From assembly GCA_023205875.1 (NCBI GenBank), contig CP060773.1, positions 1-64,000 of the forward strand: 64,000 bases of DNA, written 5' to 3'. Positions 23,244 through 35,700 of this stretch are shown here, piece by piece. Made by a program: the position numbers and the translations under genes. Numbering within the stretch: the first letter of the stretch is position 1; every line of letters begins with the position of its first letter. This stretch comes from Chloropicon primus (Eukaryota). A model generated the notes under the pieces. It was given only the letters and a program-made list of their open reading frames with translations, was not told the origin of the DNA and searched no databases.

Positions 23244-26200
23244 ATGGAACCTTCGGAGGTTCAAGCGCTGGAGGACCTCAGGGCGGAGCTCGAGTTGGTG
23301 TGCTCGCCCTCGCCCTCGCCCTCGACATCCAGCTCTTGCTACGGCACCTTCTTCGCTCTCGTGGAGGAGGAGCTGACACCCAGCAACTCCTCCTCGGGGT
23401 CGTGCGAGTGGGTGGCGTGCGCCTGCGAGGAGGCGGTGGGCGTGCGGCCACCAGATGGCACCAGGTGCCTCGACATCCTGGTGGATGCCGGAGGGAGCGG
23501 GTTCGGGGACTCCGGAAGCGTGAAGCTTGACTTGGAGGTCGTGTTCATCACGCTTGGCGTCGTCGTGGCCGTCCTGGTCGGCCTCGGGGTTCCGCTCTCG
23601 TGGTGGGTGCACCGGAGGCGCAGGGCGAGGAGGCAGAGGATGCTGGAGAGGGCGGAGTTCCAGCAGCTGCTAGAGGTGAGCTTGGAGCAGCTGACCTCGA
23701 ACAACACCAGGGGCCAGAGGACCATGGACTTGATGTTCCCGTCCCCCTTGGCCGCGACGACGCCGCGGAGCCTCAGCGAGAAGTTCAGGAGCAGGGGCAT
23801 CGTGTTCGTCTTCACGGACATCGAGAACAGCACGAGGTACTCGGACCTGGACCAGCAGGCGTTCCGGGAGATTCAGGAGGTCCACGACCACGTCATGCGG
23901 GACGCCCTCGACGAGTTCAGCGGCTACGAGATCGAGACGGAGGGGGACTCGTTCCACTGTGCTTTCGAGCGGGCCACCCAGGCCGTCCTGTTCTGCGAGA
24001 GGGTGCAGTCCGACCTCCTCAAGCACGATTGGCCCGCAGAGGTCTTGGCCCTCCCGGGCTTGAAGGGGATCACCTCCCTGCTGCAGAAGCGGCACTGCAA
24101 GGGCAAGGGCAAGGAGGAGGTCGTCGTGTGGCGGGGCCCGAGGGTGAGAATGGGAATCCACGCCGCCCACACCGAGGCCGAGTACACCATGGAAAGGAGC
24201 AGAATCACTGGAGCGGTCCAGTTCTCGGGCCAGGCGTTCAAGCTCGCCGCGGAGGTGGAGGCGTGCTGCAGCGGGGGCCAGATCTTGCTCACGCAGAGCG
24301 CGGTGGAGAAGGCCAGGTCGGAGGCCTCCGTCTTCCACATGATCCTGTCGCACTTGGGGTGCTTCAGCCTTGGGAGCGAACCGGCCGTGCACCTGTTCCA
24401 GGCGATGCCCTCCCGGGGGCCGCTCTCCTTCAGGGGTTACCCGGCGCTCCGGCTGCCCTCGGTCTCCCAGCCCACGATCAACACCATCAAGGCCCCGGTG
24501 GGGGACGTGTGCCTCGTGGCTCTGGACTTTCGGGGCGGCACGAAGAATGTCATGGACAGGAATCTGCTCCAGCTGCAGCTGCGGTCCTGGATCCAGATGT
24601 TCGGCGGTTACGAGGTTCCCGTGTGCCACTCGAATGCCTTGAAGGTCCAGCCCTGGAAGTGCCCCGTCATCGTTTTCAAGACGTGGGACGTGGCGGTCAA
24701 GTTCACCATGGCGACCCAGATCGGCCTCCTGCTGACCCCCTCGACCGAGAAGATGGAGCTGGCCATTGGGGTCTGCGAGGGGTGGAGCGAGGGGGGGAGC
24801 ACCTCGCCCACGGGGTCTCCGCAGAATGACAGCTTTGGGTCGAGCCGCCAAGCCTCGAGATTGCAGACCCCGACGAAGATGGACTTGCGGGAGGGGGGCT
24901 TCCTCAAGTCCCTGCTGTTCTCCATGCTGAGGCCGTCCACCGGCAGCCGGATCGATGTGGGGGAATCCGTCGCCAAGCACCCCTCCTGGAGCCTCACGTA
25001 CGAGGGCACCAGCTGCTCCCAGTACCAGGGCGCAAAGGTTTGCCCGGCCAACTACTTGGGCAAAAAGCACCTCGTGCTCTTCTTCTTCTTCAGCACCAGG
25101 ACCGGAGGCTGCGCCATGGAGGCAAAGTACTTTCGAGACTTTTACCACCTCTTCACCGCATCCGGCGCGGAGGTGATCGGCATATCCCTGGACGGCCAAG
25201 GCAAGCAGGAGTCCTTCTCCTCCAACCTTCAGCTGCCGTATCCCCTCATTGCGGACTTTCCTGGCGGGCTTCACAGGATGTTCTCCGACACGAGGCTGGA
25301 CCCGGCCTACCTCTTCAGGAGGACGCTGGTCATCGAGAAGAATGGGGTCCTGGTGGACAAGTACGAGACCGCCCTTGGGATTGATGGGAAGGGGTACCCA
25401 CACGTCACGAGGAGCCTGTCGAGCTTGCAAGCTTTTTGCGGCGACCTCAGCAGCGGGCTAGCACCAAACATCGTTTACAGGGGCTGCTCCCGCGCGCAGG
25501 AGGTCGCCAGACTGGCCAAGGGGGGCACCTCTGTCGTCTGCCAACCCAGCGGGAGCGATGTCTGGGAGGTTCTGCCCCGCCACGGCGGGCCTGCCAGGCC
25601 CTGCCTCGTGGATTACGGCCTCACCACCTCAGGGGGCGAGGAGTGCAGCTTGTACGGCGTCCTTCCGAGTTGCCTGTCGGACAGGTGGAAGTCGAGGGAG
25701 CCGCTCCCGGGCGTCAGAGGGGGGGCCTTCAAGGCGCCTGATCCAACGCGCAGGGTGGCCTTCGTCTTCACTTTCGTGTGCGGCACAGCATCGCCTCAGG
25801 ACTCCGCCAGGTGCCCAGATTGGGTCACGCAGTGGTCCGGCATCGCCAGGGAGACCCTGGAGCGGTCCGGCGGGGGTTACGAGTGCCAAATGGTTGGCGA
25901 GGGGAACTTCATGATCGCCTTTGAGGGAGTCCACGAGGCAGCGAGGTGGTGCTGCAACGCGCAGCGGGCTCTCTCCCAGAGGTCCAGCGGCAGCGTGAGC
26001 ATGGGCATTGCCTCTGGCGTTCCCGCGTACGGAAAGCCTCACACGAGGACCGGTCGCCAGGACTACTTTGGTCAGGTCGTCAACCTCGCGGCGAGGGTTG
26101 CAAAGGTGAGAGAGACAGAGAGAGATTGCAGCGAGAGAGAGAGAGAGAGAAGAGAGAGAGAGACTCGCTCTGACCATCACCCATTTCCCTTTCCTCTTCC

Positions 26201-26457
26201 TTGCCTTTGTCTCCCTCGCTCCGCAGCGCGCCAAGGGGGGTGAAGTTTTGGCTTCTCTGGATCCCGGCGACCTCAAGCACTGGCCCAGCGACCTCCAAGC
26301 GACTCCGCGAGGCTGCATGACTTTCAAGGGCATCTCCAAGTTCACAGACACCTTCGTCATCACCTCCGAGGACGTGGAGTGGGTCACAGAGGAGAGGAAC
26401 CCCGGCGGAGAAGTTTTCCTCCAAGGCGGAAGCCACGAGATTGAGTTGGCCCATTAA
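23244..26457 (-). other. Long antisense ORFs opposite the cyclase gene; not considered genes
   Basis: Shadow ORFs caused by GC3 codon bias, with no recognisable motifs. Confidence 0.2.
23244..26457 (+). CDS. Single-TM class III adenylate/guanylate cyclase with multiple cyclase domains and an embedded PrxQ/BCP-like peroxiredoxin domain; intron 26106-26226
   Basis: FVFTDIENST, ETEGDSF, GPRVRMGIH, GGQILLT; LVLFFF..TGGC..E..FRD..GAEVIGISLD..LPYPLIAD; DYFGQVVNLAARV; splicing gives AK-RAKGGEVL. Confidence 0.85.
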
Positions 26458-26619
26458 GCCAACTAAAGGCCAAGCAGGCTGCTGCTGTCTGCTGCTGGAC
26501 CAACCTTTTCTTGTAATGTTACCCAGAAGTTCCGATGATTGACGCAAGCATCGCTGCCTGAAGCCTCGTCACGGACGGTGTCCAGTGGTCATCCCTTCCT
26601 CCAGGGGCATTGGTAAAGG

Positions 26620-26692
26620 AAGCAGAGGTTTGTGGGAGTTTCCAAAGCAGAGGTTTGTGGGAGTTTCCAAAAGTTTTGTGGGAGTTTCCAGA
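26620..26692 (+). repeat. Short tandem repeat (AGCAGAGG)TTTGTGGGAGTTTCCA x3
   Basis: Seen directly; copies abut with no unique spacers. Confidence 0.7.
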
Positions 26693-26859
26693 GGTTCTCT
26701 CGAGGCTCGAGGTGGCTCAAGGTCCCTCCTCCTTCCTTTCCTGGTCGTGGTCATGGCATTCCTGGCGCCCTGCGTCCACCATCGTCATCGTCTTGGCCAA
26801 GCTGGAGCAGCAGAGGAGGAGGAGGAGAGGAGGAGGAGGGACAAAAAAAAAAAGTGCTG

Positions 26860-26931
26860 AGGCATCGCCGGGAATCGAACCCGGGCTGGAGGATTCAGAG
26901 TCCTCAATCATAACCCCTAGATCACGACGCC
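26860..26931 (-). tRNA. trnQ: tRNA-Gln(CUG)
   Basis: GGCGTCG/CGATGCC acceptor, GAGGA-CTCTGAA-TCCTC anticodon arm, TTCGATT T loop, T-run downstream. Confidence 0.93.
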
Positions 26932-27048
26932 GTTATTGCATTGGAATCTAACATTTTTGTGCATTTACTTTCTTGGACGCAATGGGGCGCTCGCCCCGGG
27001 TTTCCCCATGGCGCCCCACACATCACACAAAGGGATGCAGGCAAGGAA

Positions 27049-27084
<36 letters not shown>

Positions 27085-27924
27085 CCCCTGGTGCACCGTC
27101 ACTCTTTGCCCCTCTGGCCTACTTGTGACGGATTCCAAGGGCTGGTAGGCTTCTCAGCCTCCGGACTCGTCGTTCCGCAGAATATTCCACGTTGAATGTG
27201 GTGGGCGCTGAGAGCCTGAGGCTGAGGACGCCACCGCACCTCGACGCCAAAACAGCTTAAAGACACAGGACATGATCGGTTTGGAGACGGACACCGATTC
27301 CGAATAAAATGAAAACTATATTTATTTTATCTTGCTTTGCTTTTGCTTGGCTAATCTGTCCTCTTGGTACGTTGGACACGAACCGAGACAAAGCAAGATG
27401 GAAGTGGACGTTCGCCTCTTTACGCAAGATCCATTCATCCAATCCAATCCGGTGTGCGCATGGATGGATGGATCCCTCCTCCTCCTCCTCCTCCTCCTCC
27501 TCCTCCTTCGTCCATCAAAGGAGTCTTCTCTTTGGAAGGAGCAGAGCAGGTGGAAGTACAAGGGGCAAGATCCAGTGGAAGGAGCAAGATCCAGTGGAAG
27601 AGACCATGCAAGACACAAAGCCCTCCTCCCAATCCTCCCAATCCTCCCTCCCCTCCCTCCTCTTCCTCTTCCTCTTCCTCCTCTTCCTCCTCTCCTTTCC
27701 CGCCATTTCATCCCGATCGATCGACCGATCGCTTCGCTTGAGAAACAACCGACGACTGACGACGAGGACGAGGACGAGGAGGACGAGAAAGAAGAGCGAG
27801 CGAGGGAGGGAGCGCAACGTCACGCCACTTGATCCTCCTCTTCTCCTTTTCGAGAGATCCATATTCCGTTCCGTTCCGTTCCATTCCATTCCATTCCTCG
27901 CTGCGTTGCCTTGGGGAGGAGGGA

Positions 27925-27959
<35 letters not shown>

Positions 27960-28004
27960 ATCGTGTTCGGGAAGCGCTTGCGTTTCGATTCGATTTGATT
28001 CGCG

Positions 28005-28252
28005 ATGTCTTCCGACATTCGGAACTTCTTCAAAGCTGCGGCTCCGAAGAAGAAGCGCGAGAGGGAAGAAGAAGGTGATGATCCCAAACCCAAACCCAAA
28101 CCTAATCCTTCTTCACCGGTGAAGACAACGACGACGACGACGACGACGACGAGGACGCCGACGCCACCGGTGTCTCCTCCTTCGAAGAAGAAGAAGCCGC
28201 TAGGGATTGACATCGGTGCATCATCACCGTCGTGTCCTCCTCCTCCACCTCG

Positions 28253-28283
<31 letters not shown>

Positions 28284-30437
28284 TCGCCGAAGAAGAAGAA
28301 GAAGGCTTCAGCGACGCCCAAGCCACCGACGCCCAAGGAGTTGAGGCAGAAGGCGTTAAAGTCGTTGAAGAAGGCGATTGATGCTTTGCCTTTGTTGGAT
28401 GAGAGCAAGGCCGAGGAATCAGGATTCAGCTTGAGGGAGAAGACGGCGGACTTGAACCCGTACAACCAGCAGGGCGGCGCGGAGGTCGAGCCGAGGAACA
28501 GGGCGACCAAGGGGAAGCCTCCTCGCGGGGAAGCGGACATGTTTCACGGATTGGGTTTTGTGATCACTGGGGCGCTGGACAGCTTGCACAGGAACGAATG
28601 CGAGGATCTCATCAAGCGACATGGGGGGAGGGTGACTGCCAGTGTGAGCGGCAAGACGGATTTCCTCATCGTGGGGCTGGACTCGGGGTCCTCCAAGGTG
28701 AAGGCCGCCAGGGAGAAGAAGGAGACTTGCAGGATCATCAATGAGGACGGTCTCTTCGCTCTCATCGCGTCCAAAGAAAAGAAGAGCTCCCAGGACGGCA
28801 CCACGGGCGCTCTGCCAAAGCAGCAGGAGGCCGAAGAAGCTTCTGGCTCGAAGCCTGCTCCGATGGCGGTTGACTTGTCTCCGGAAGCGGGCCTCCTGTG
28901 GGTCACCAAACACAAGCCCAAGCACTTGGGGGAGGTTGTGGGCAATCAGAGCCAGCGGGGTCTCATGCAGAGCTGGCTGAGGAACTTCAAGGACATCCAC
29001 GTCCTGAAGAAGGACGTGGTGGTCCGGGGCGACCCGCGACATGTCAAGAAACAGGAGGAGCTCAGGGAGAAGAAGGCCGTGCTGGTCTCGGGGCCGCCGG
29101 GCTTGGGGAAGACTACCTGTGCCGCCCTCTTGGCCAAGGCGCAAGGGTACTTTCCCATCATCGAGGTCAACGCCAGCGACACGAGGGGAAAGTCGGACGG
29201 GGACGCCAAAAAGGGTCTCAATGGCAAGACCAGCAACCAGATCAGGGAGCTCATCAGCAACAGTGCCCTGCCCTCGGCGGCAGCAGGCAGTTCGAGCAAG
29301 GAGTCGAGGGGGCCCATTGTGATCATGGACGAGTGCGATGGCATGTCTGGGAGCGACAGGGGGGGAATCGGGGAGGTCGTGGACTGCATCAAGAACACAA
29401 AGATCCCAATCATCTGCATCTGCAACGACAAGTACTTGCCTAAGATGAAGCCCTTGAGGAATGTGTGCGTCGAGCTCGACTTCAGGAAACCGGACAAGAG
29501 GATGATCGCGAGGCGCATGCAGCAAGTCTGCGAGAAGGAGGGCCTGCAGGCCGCCCCGGTTGCCCTGGAGACCCTCGCGGAGAGGAGCAACGGGGACCTC
29601 AGGATTCTGCTCGGCTACCTCCAGCAGTGGAAGCTCACGAGGGATACCCTTACTTACGACGACGTGAGGGGCAGCAGCATCGACAAGGACTCGGACATCT
29701 CGCCCTTCAAGGTCTGTGACGTGCTTCTTGGCTTTGAGGGCAAGAACTATTCCATCTCCGACCAGCTCAACATGGTCTTCCAGGACATGGACTTGATTCC
29801 CCTGTTGGTCCAGGAGAATTACGTGAACCACAGGCCACAGGTTGCTGGGAACGACAAGCAGAGGATGAAGATCCTCGCAAAGGCGGCGGATGGCATGAGC
29901 TATGGGGACTGGGCGAGCCAGGTTGTTCGAGGCCAGGGCGAATGGGGAATCATGCCTTACCAAGGGGTGATGGGAGCCGTGTACCCGGCGACATACGTCA
30001 GGGGCCAAAGGGAGGTGATGAACCTGTACCCCAACGAGCCTAACATGACGAGGTTCTCGGCCTGGCTTGGCAAGAACTCTTCCCAATCGAAGGTGCAGAG
30101 GGAGCTCCGCGAGGTTGGCCTGCCGAGCGATTACCTTCCACTGGTGCAGAGGAGATTGAGCCAGCCGCTGTTGGACAAGGGAAAGGAGGGCATTGACGAG
30201 GTGGTGGAGTTCATGAAGACCTACGGCCTCGTCAAGGAGGACAAGGACGCGATCTTGGACTCTCTCAGGCCCAAGTTCTTCAAGAATGCCGAGGACCCGA
30301 TGAAGAAGGTGCCAACGGCCGTCAAGAGCGCCCTCACTCGCTCCCTCACAAAGGCCGAACTGGTGAGGGACTGGACTGTACCCAAGCCAAAAGCCAAGTC
30401 GAAGGCAAAGGCCAAAGGCAAGGCCAAGAAGAAGTAG
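28005..30437 (+). CDS. RFC1: Replication factor C large subunit
   Basis: BRCT (FVITGAL...GGRVTASVSGKTDFL), W.TKHKP, SGPPGLGKTT, EVNASDTR, MDECDGMSG.DRGG. Confidence 0.95.
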
Positions 30438-30606
30438 GCTTGCGCGGGGAGGGGCAGAACGCCACGCGCTCGATAACGGACGTTCGGGAAATGATGATGT
30501 TGATGATGATGATGATGTTTTACATACAAACTTGTCTAATTGTTTTGAAGGGTTACCTAGAAAAGGGAAAACGACAGCACGCTGCACGGCGATCCTCATG
30601 CCTTCC

Positions 30607-31722
30607 TCACCGCTTCTTGAACGGTCTTGTGCTTCTGAAGCTCTCTTCCTGCTGCTTCAGGGCCGTGGCCTGCGCCTCCAACGCCACCGCCTCCGCCATG
30701 GCGTTCTCCGCGTTCTCCGCCGCGGCCAAGGCCTCCACCACCGCCTGGGCCGCGACCTCCACCGCGTCCGCGGCGGACTGGAACTGAAAGTGCTGGAGCT
30801 TTCTCATCTCCTGCTTCTGCTTCTGCTTCTTCGAGATGTTCGAGATGGAGAAGTTGTGCCTCTGCGTGTCCCAGGGGGGCAGGGTGTAGCACAACGAGTT
30901 CTTCTCGCGCAGCAGCTTGTTCTCCTGGCACATGGACTTCAAGTGCCGAGACACCTCCTGCTGCGTGAGAGGGAAAGATGCCTTGTCGTACCTCCCAGCC
31001 ATCCACGTGAAGATGGCTTGGGCGGTGGCCTGCTCGTGACCCGAGGCCTTGAGCGCGATGATCGCCGCGATCACCTTCTGGTCGATCGGCGGGTTCTCCT
31101 TCCGCACGCCGTTCATTCCCCCTCCCGGGGCGTTGCCGTGGCCCTGGCCGGGCCTGGCGAGGGCCTCAGGGACAGCAGCAGTCGCGGCGACAGCCTCCCT
31201 CTCCCGCCTCCCCCCCTCCTTCGCGATGTCCCGAGCCTCCGCCAGGACTTTGCCGTTCCTCGGGGGCGGCGGGTCCTCCACTGCCTCCACCGCTTCGCCC
31301 TTTGGCAGATCCTGCTTCAACGTCGGCCTCTTCTGCTTCTTCGATCCGGACACCGGCGAAGGCGTGCCCTTGGTCCTGGCACTCTCGCTGCCCCCACCCG
31401 TCGAAGTCCCTGGGGACTCGGAGGGATTCCCCCTCTCCTCCCAGCTCTCCTGGCCCTCCTTGCTCCCATCGGTCTTCCCCTCCACCGTCTTCTGCTTCCT
31501 CTTCCTCTCCTTCCTCGCCGACGAAGGCTTCTCCTTGTCCCCTCGCGCCACAAGGATGTTCCTCCACTTGTCCTTCAAGTCCACGTTGCTTCTCTTGGAC
31601 AAGACCATCTCAAAATCAGGATCCGTTTTGATGTACTTCCACCTCCCGGTCCCGTGCTTCTCCACTCCCTGCCTCAAGGCCATCTCCTCCTCCTCCGTCC
31701 ACCTCACCTTCGGCGCTCCCAT
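30607..31722 (-). CDS. Single-Myb histone (SMH/TRB-like) telomere-repeat-binding factor: telobox Myb, H1/H5-like domain and coiled coil
   Basis: [54 protein letters not shown] tail. Confidence 0.85.
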   Translation of the reverse strand: MGAPKVRWTEEEEMALRQGVEKHGTGRWKYIKTDPDFEMVLSKRSNVDLKDKWRNILVARGDKEKPSSARKERKRKQKTVEGKTDGSKEGQESWEERGNPSESPGTSTGGGSESARTKGTPSPVSGSKKQKRPTLKQDLPKGEAVEAVEDPPPPRNGKVLAEARDIAKEGGRREREAVAATAAVPEALARPGQGHGNAPGGGMNGVRKENPPIDQKVIAAIIALKASGHEQATAQAIFTWMAGRYDKASFPLTQQEVSRHLKSMCQENKLLREKNSLCYTLPPWDTQRHNFSISNISKKQKQKQEMRKLQHFQFQSAADAVEVAAQAVVEALAAAENAENAMAEAVALEAQATALKQQEESFRSTRPFKKR

Positions 31723-31756
31723 CGAAAAAAAACACAAAAACAAAAGATGCTGCTGC

Positions 31757-31787
<31 letters not shown>

Positions 31788-32203
31788 GATGATGATGTTG
31801 ATCAAGCTTGCTGCTTGGTGGTGATTTCGGTAGGCGTGTGACCAATCAATCGAAAGGTTTCGAGACGTAGGTCTCAATTTTCGTATTCTCGACGCCAAAC
31901 CGGACCTTCCCTTCCCTCCCCTTCCGTTTACGCGACACCTTTGTCCTGGTCCTCTCCTGATTCGATGTTGGTGGTGATGGTGGTGATGATGATGATGATG
32001 TTGTTGATGTTGTTGATGATGATCGAATCACGCGAGGGTGAGTTCCGAAACTTGGATGACGAGGCGAGGCCGGTCTCGATCGAAAGAGAAAGAGACGAAG
32101 GTTCGTCGCGGATCTGCCTCTCGGCGTTTTGGAGAGACCTCCGCTCCCTCTCTTCGCCCCAAGGCTCGTCTCGTTCTCGACGACGCTTTGTTCCCCTCTC
32201 CCC

Positions 32204-32235
32204 TTTAGGGTTTTGCTTCCCTTCCCTTAGGGTTT
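32204..32235 (-). promoter_or_regulatory. Two telo-boxes (AAACCCTAA) about 0.5 kb upstream of the TRB-like gene
   Basis: TTTAGGGTTTT at 32204-32214 and TTAGGGTTT at 32227-32235. Confidence 0.4.
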
Positions 32236-32299
32236 GGGGGAGCAACGAGTGTACCAACACTCTCGCACACTCTCGAGGGGGAGGGAGGGGGAACGACCG

Positions 32300-32547
32300 A
32301 GATCAAGACGAGGGCAAGGGAAAAGGGCAGCAGGGGGACTGTTGGATGGATGAATTGTCTCTTGCTCTTTCCAATGAGCTCTCACTTGCTCACTTTCGTT
32401 CCCTACAGAGAGGATGATGAGGGTGATGAGGGGGTGATGAGGGGTAGGGACAGGGGATCAAGACGAGGGCAAGGGAAAAGGGCAGCAGGGGGACTGTTGG
32501 ATGGATGGATGCATTGTCTCTTGCTCTCTCCAATGCGCCCTCACTTG
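32300..32547 (+). repeat. Imperfect direct repeat, ~90 bp x2
   Basis: GATCAAGACGAGGGCAAGGGAAAAGGGCAGCAGGGGGACTGTTGGATGGATG repeated at ~32301 and ~32456. Confidence 0.85.
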
Positions 32548-32776
32548 GAAAGAGTGGTGAGGTGGAGGCTTGGGCATTGGATGATGGAGGGGATGAGGGT
32601 GATCTCGGTGGTGTCCTCCTCCTCCTTGGGAGACGTAGACGACTTTATCGTACACATATATATTATACCCAAACAGTTACAACACAACCCAGGAGGACAA
32701 TCTCATCTGCACGTGCTGCAGATGATTCCCTCCTTTGGTTTTTCTTCTTGGCATCGAGGGAACCTCGTCTGTCTCC

Positions 32777-35700
32777 TCAGGGGAACTTTACGCCGAATAT
32801 CAGCTCCAGCAGATCGTCGTTTTGGGCGGCGGCATCATCACCACCACCGCCGCCTGCTTCTTCCGCCTTGTTTCCCCCCTCCATGAGCGCCTCGGCCTTG
32901 GCATAAGCGGCTTCGAATTGCTTTTGGATCTGGGTGATCCTGAAGCAGCTCTGGGCCGCGTTGGAGCCCCTCTCCAGGGGGTCCTCCACGAAGAGCGGGT
33001 CGAACCTCTGCTCGGCCATGCCGTTGATGCCCGAGAGGCCAAAGGTCAGGGTCTGGATGCCCTTGACCGTGCCGAAGAAGTGAAGGAAATCGAGGAGAAG
33101 CAGCCCGATGCTTTTCGTCGACCCCGGGGAAGCCTCCTTCTTCGCCTGGACGTCCTGCTGCTGGTGGACGAGGAAGCTCGCCACGATGAGCGTTATGCAG
33201 TACGAGGAGAGACCTCCCGTGTACGCCTTGGACATCTTGTGGGACTGAAGGAAGTGCTTCAGGACCAGGGTCAGGGGAGGCAGGGAGGGGAAGATGGAGG
33301 TGAGCTCCCTCACTATCGCCGCCGCGACTAGGCCGTGGTGGCTCGGGGACTGGAAGGAGATGTCCACAGACAGCGGCCCCCCCCCGGCGTGGTACACGAA
33401 CTCCACGTGAGGTATCGCAGTCTTTTCGATGGCCCTCACAAGGGACTCTTGGTTGATCCACGACTGCCTGGACAGCTGTCTTGCCAGCTGCTGCACAAAG
33501 CTCTCCTTCTCGGCATTCCCGCTCTCCAGAATTCCAACCTCGAGGATGTTCTTCAACGAATTCCTCACCGGGGGCAGCCACAGGACGACATCGAAGTCAC
33601 TTCCAGGAAGGCTGAGCCCAGCCGCAACGCTTCCAAAAATCTTTGCCCTTGCCCTGGGCCAGATCACATGGACCGCCTCCAACACGTTCTCGAGGGCCTC
33701 CCTCTGCTGCCTTTGGGCCTTCCTCTGGCTCTCCCTCACTTTGATGACAAACCTGTCCATGTCCTTGGACAACCGTTCCAAGAACCCGGCCCTGGCATTC
33801 CCCTTCTCCTGCCAGAACACCTTTCTCTCCAGGTACACTTGCCTGTAGGGGCTGTTCGCGTTAGGGACGTCCCCAAGCTTTCCGATGCGCAGCAAAGACC
33901 TCGGCGGAGCCTTGGACGATGACATGAAAAAGCTGATCGGCGAATTCGCCTTTGCTTTGGGTTCGGCCCTGGAGAGCAGGAGCACCTCTGAGCTCCTCCT
34001 CTGAAGAAGCCACTTGGGGCCCCTTGGACCCAAACCGTGCTCCAGAGATGGCCTCCTTTCCCTCTTTTGCTGTGACAGCCTTGGGCTGTTGGTCTCGCTC
34101 CTGGCAAAGGTTGGGGACGAACGCGTCTCTCCGTCCTCTTCCTGCTTGCCAGCGGGCTTGGAAGTGGACAGAACCAATTTCGGCGCCCCTTCTCCCTGGA
34201 AACTCGTGGGGGATCTCTCTGCCTCCGGAGGGCTCGTTATCACGCTGCTGCTCTGATCCAAATTCGACAGCAGGGACCCCAGCACAAACTCTTGCCTTGT
34301 GGAGCTCGTCCAGGATTCCACCTCACTGCCGTCTCTCTCGAACTCGAGGCCGGCGGGGACGTTCCAATAGAAAGAGGCGCCAGTTTGCTGGTCACCGAAG
34401 ATGTTTGCCCAGGAGAAGGAGTCTGTGACCTCTGGGATGGATGCCTCGACCCAGGTGTCGCCAGGGTCTTCCTCCATCGTCGCCGTTGAACTGCGCGGGG
34501 CGCTGGGGGTGGAAGATGCCTTTGCTTCCCCTTCCGGTGGTTCCACCGAGTCATTTCCCTCCGCCTTGCTCTCGGTCACTTCTGGTCCTTTCTCCTCCTT
34601 CACGTCCGCATCCTGTGGATTGCCACTTGGGCTGCTGCCACCGTCCTTCCCCTCCAAGGTAGCACCAACATCCTTCACCTGCTTTGCCTTGATCGTGGTC
34701 GCCTTCTTCTTCTTCTTCTTCTTTTGCTGCCTCTTTCTGGCTGCTTTCTCGTCCGCTTCCTTTTGGTCCTGCAGGTCGCCCTCCAGCTCCCTCAAAAGCA
34801 ACTCCTCGTTGAGCTTTGAGATGATATGCAGGGCCCTTTGCTCGGCCGAACAGGCAAAGCTGTCCAAGACAGGATCCGCGCCGCAGCACAAGTAGAAGCG
34901 GCCGCAGGAAATCATGGACCTCTGCGATCCGCACCTCTCCAGCAGGCCCAAGAGCCTTCTCCGATGGGACAGAAAGTCACCACCCTTGTTCTCGCTCGAG
35001 GACAGCTCCAGGAAGCAGCGCAGGGAGAGCACCCTGCAGAGCTTTCGATGCTCCTGGGACAGCGTCTCGCGCTTGTTCAGTAGTAGTGCCCCGCTGGAAA
35101 CCCCCTTCGAGTGGGTGGCAGAATTCTGGGCATATGCCTTGAGCAAGAGGAGTTCGATCTTGTTCACGACGAAGGCAGCCATTGTGTAGTACCCCATCCC
35201 CTCCAGCCACTCCGTCTCTGGATGCTTCCACCGGTCCAAGTCGTCCCCCGTCAAGAACTTTCCCATGGACACCTTATGACAAGCCGCAAGGAAGTCGGCC
35301 AACTTTGCGCCACCGAGCAGGTCGACCGAGAACACATTGAAGTGCTTCGCACCGCGACAGGCGTACAAGTAAGCGGCGCCCTCCAAGAGCTTCTCCTCCT
35401 CGCTACAGTTGAGCAAACGAGCGTAGCACTGCGTGGACGTCTTCGTGCACAGGGCCCTCCTGGCGTTCTCTCTCAGAGTTTTGAAGTGGCACTCGCCGCT
35501 CCCACCGTCGTCCTCCTGCGCTTGGCTCTTCCTCTTGGGTTTCCTCTTCCCCTTCCCCTTCTTTGTGCCCTTCTTCCCCGCTCTCGGCCCTTGCTGCGCC
35601 GCCTTGGGTCGCTGCAGCCCCTCCACCAAAACGAAGAACCTCAGCCTGTTGCTCTTCCTCTCCGTCCTCAGAAGGATCATCTCATAGAGCAAGGCAATCC

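Noticed and set aside
26620..26692. Three short repeats resembling a mini CRISPR array
   Set aside because: No unique spacers, no cas genes, eukaryotic context
27085..27300. Telomerase RNA or hammerhead identity for the structured region
   Set aside because: No CCTAAAAC-type template; CTGAGGA is present but there is no correctly placed GAAA core
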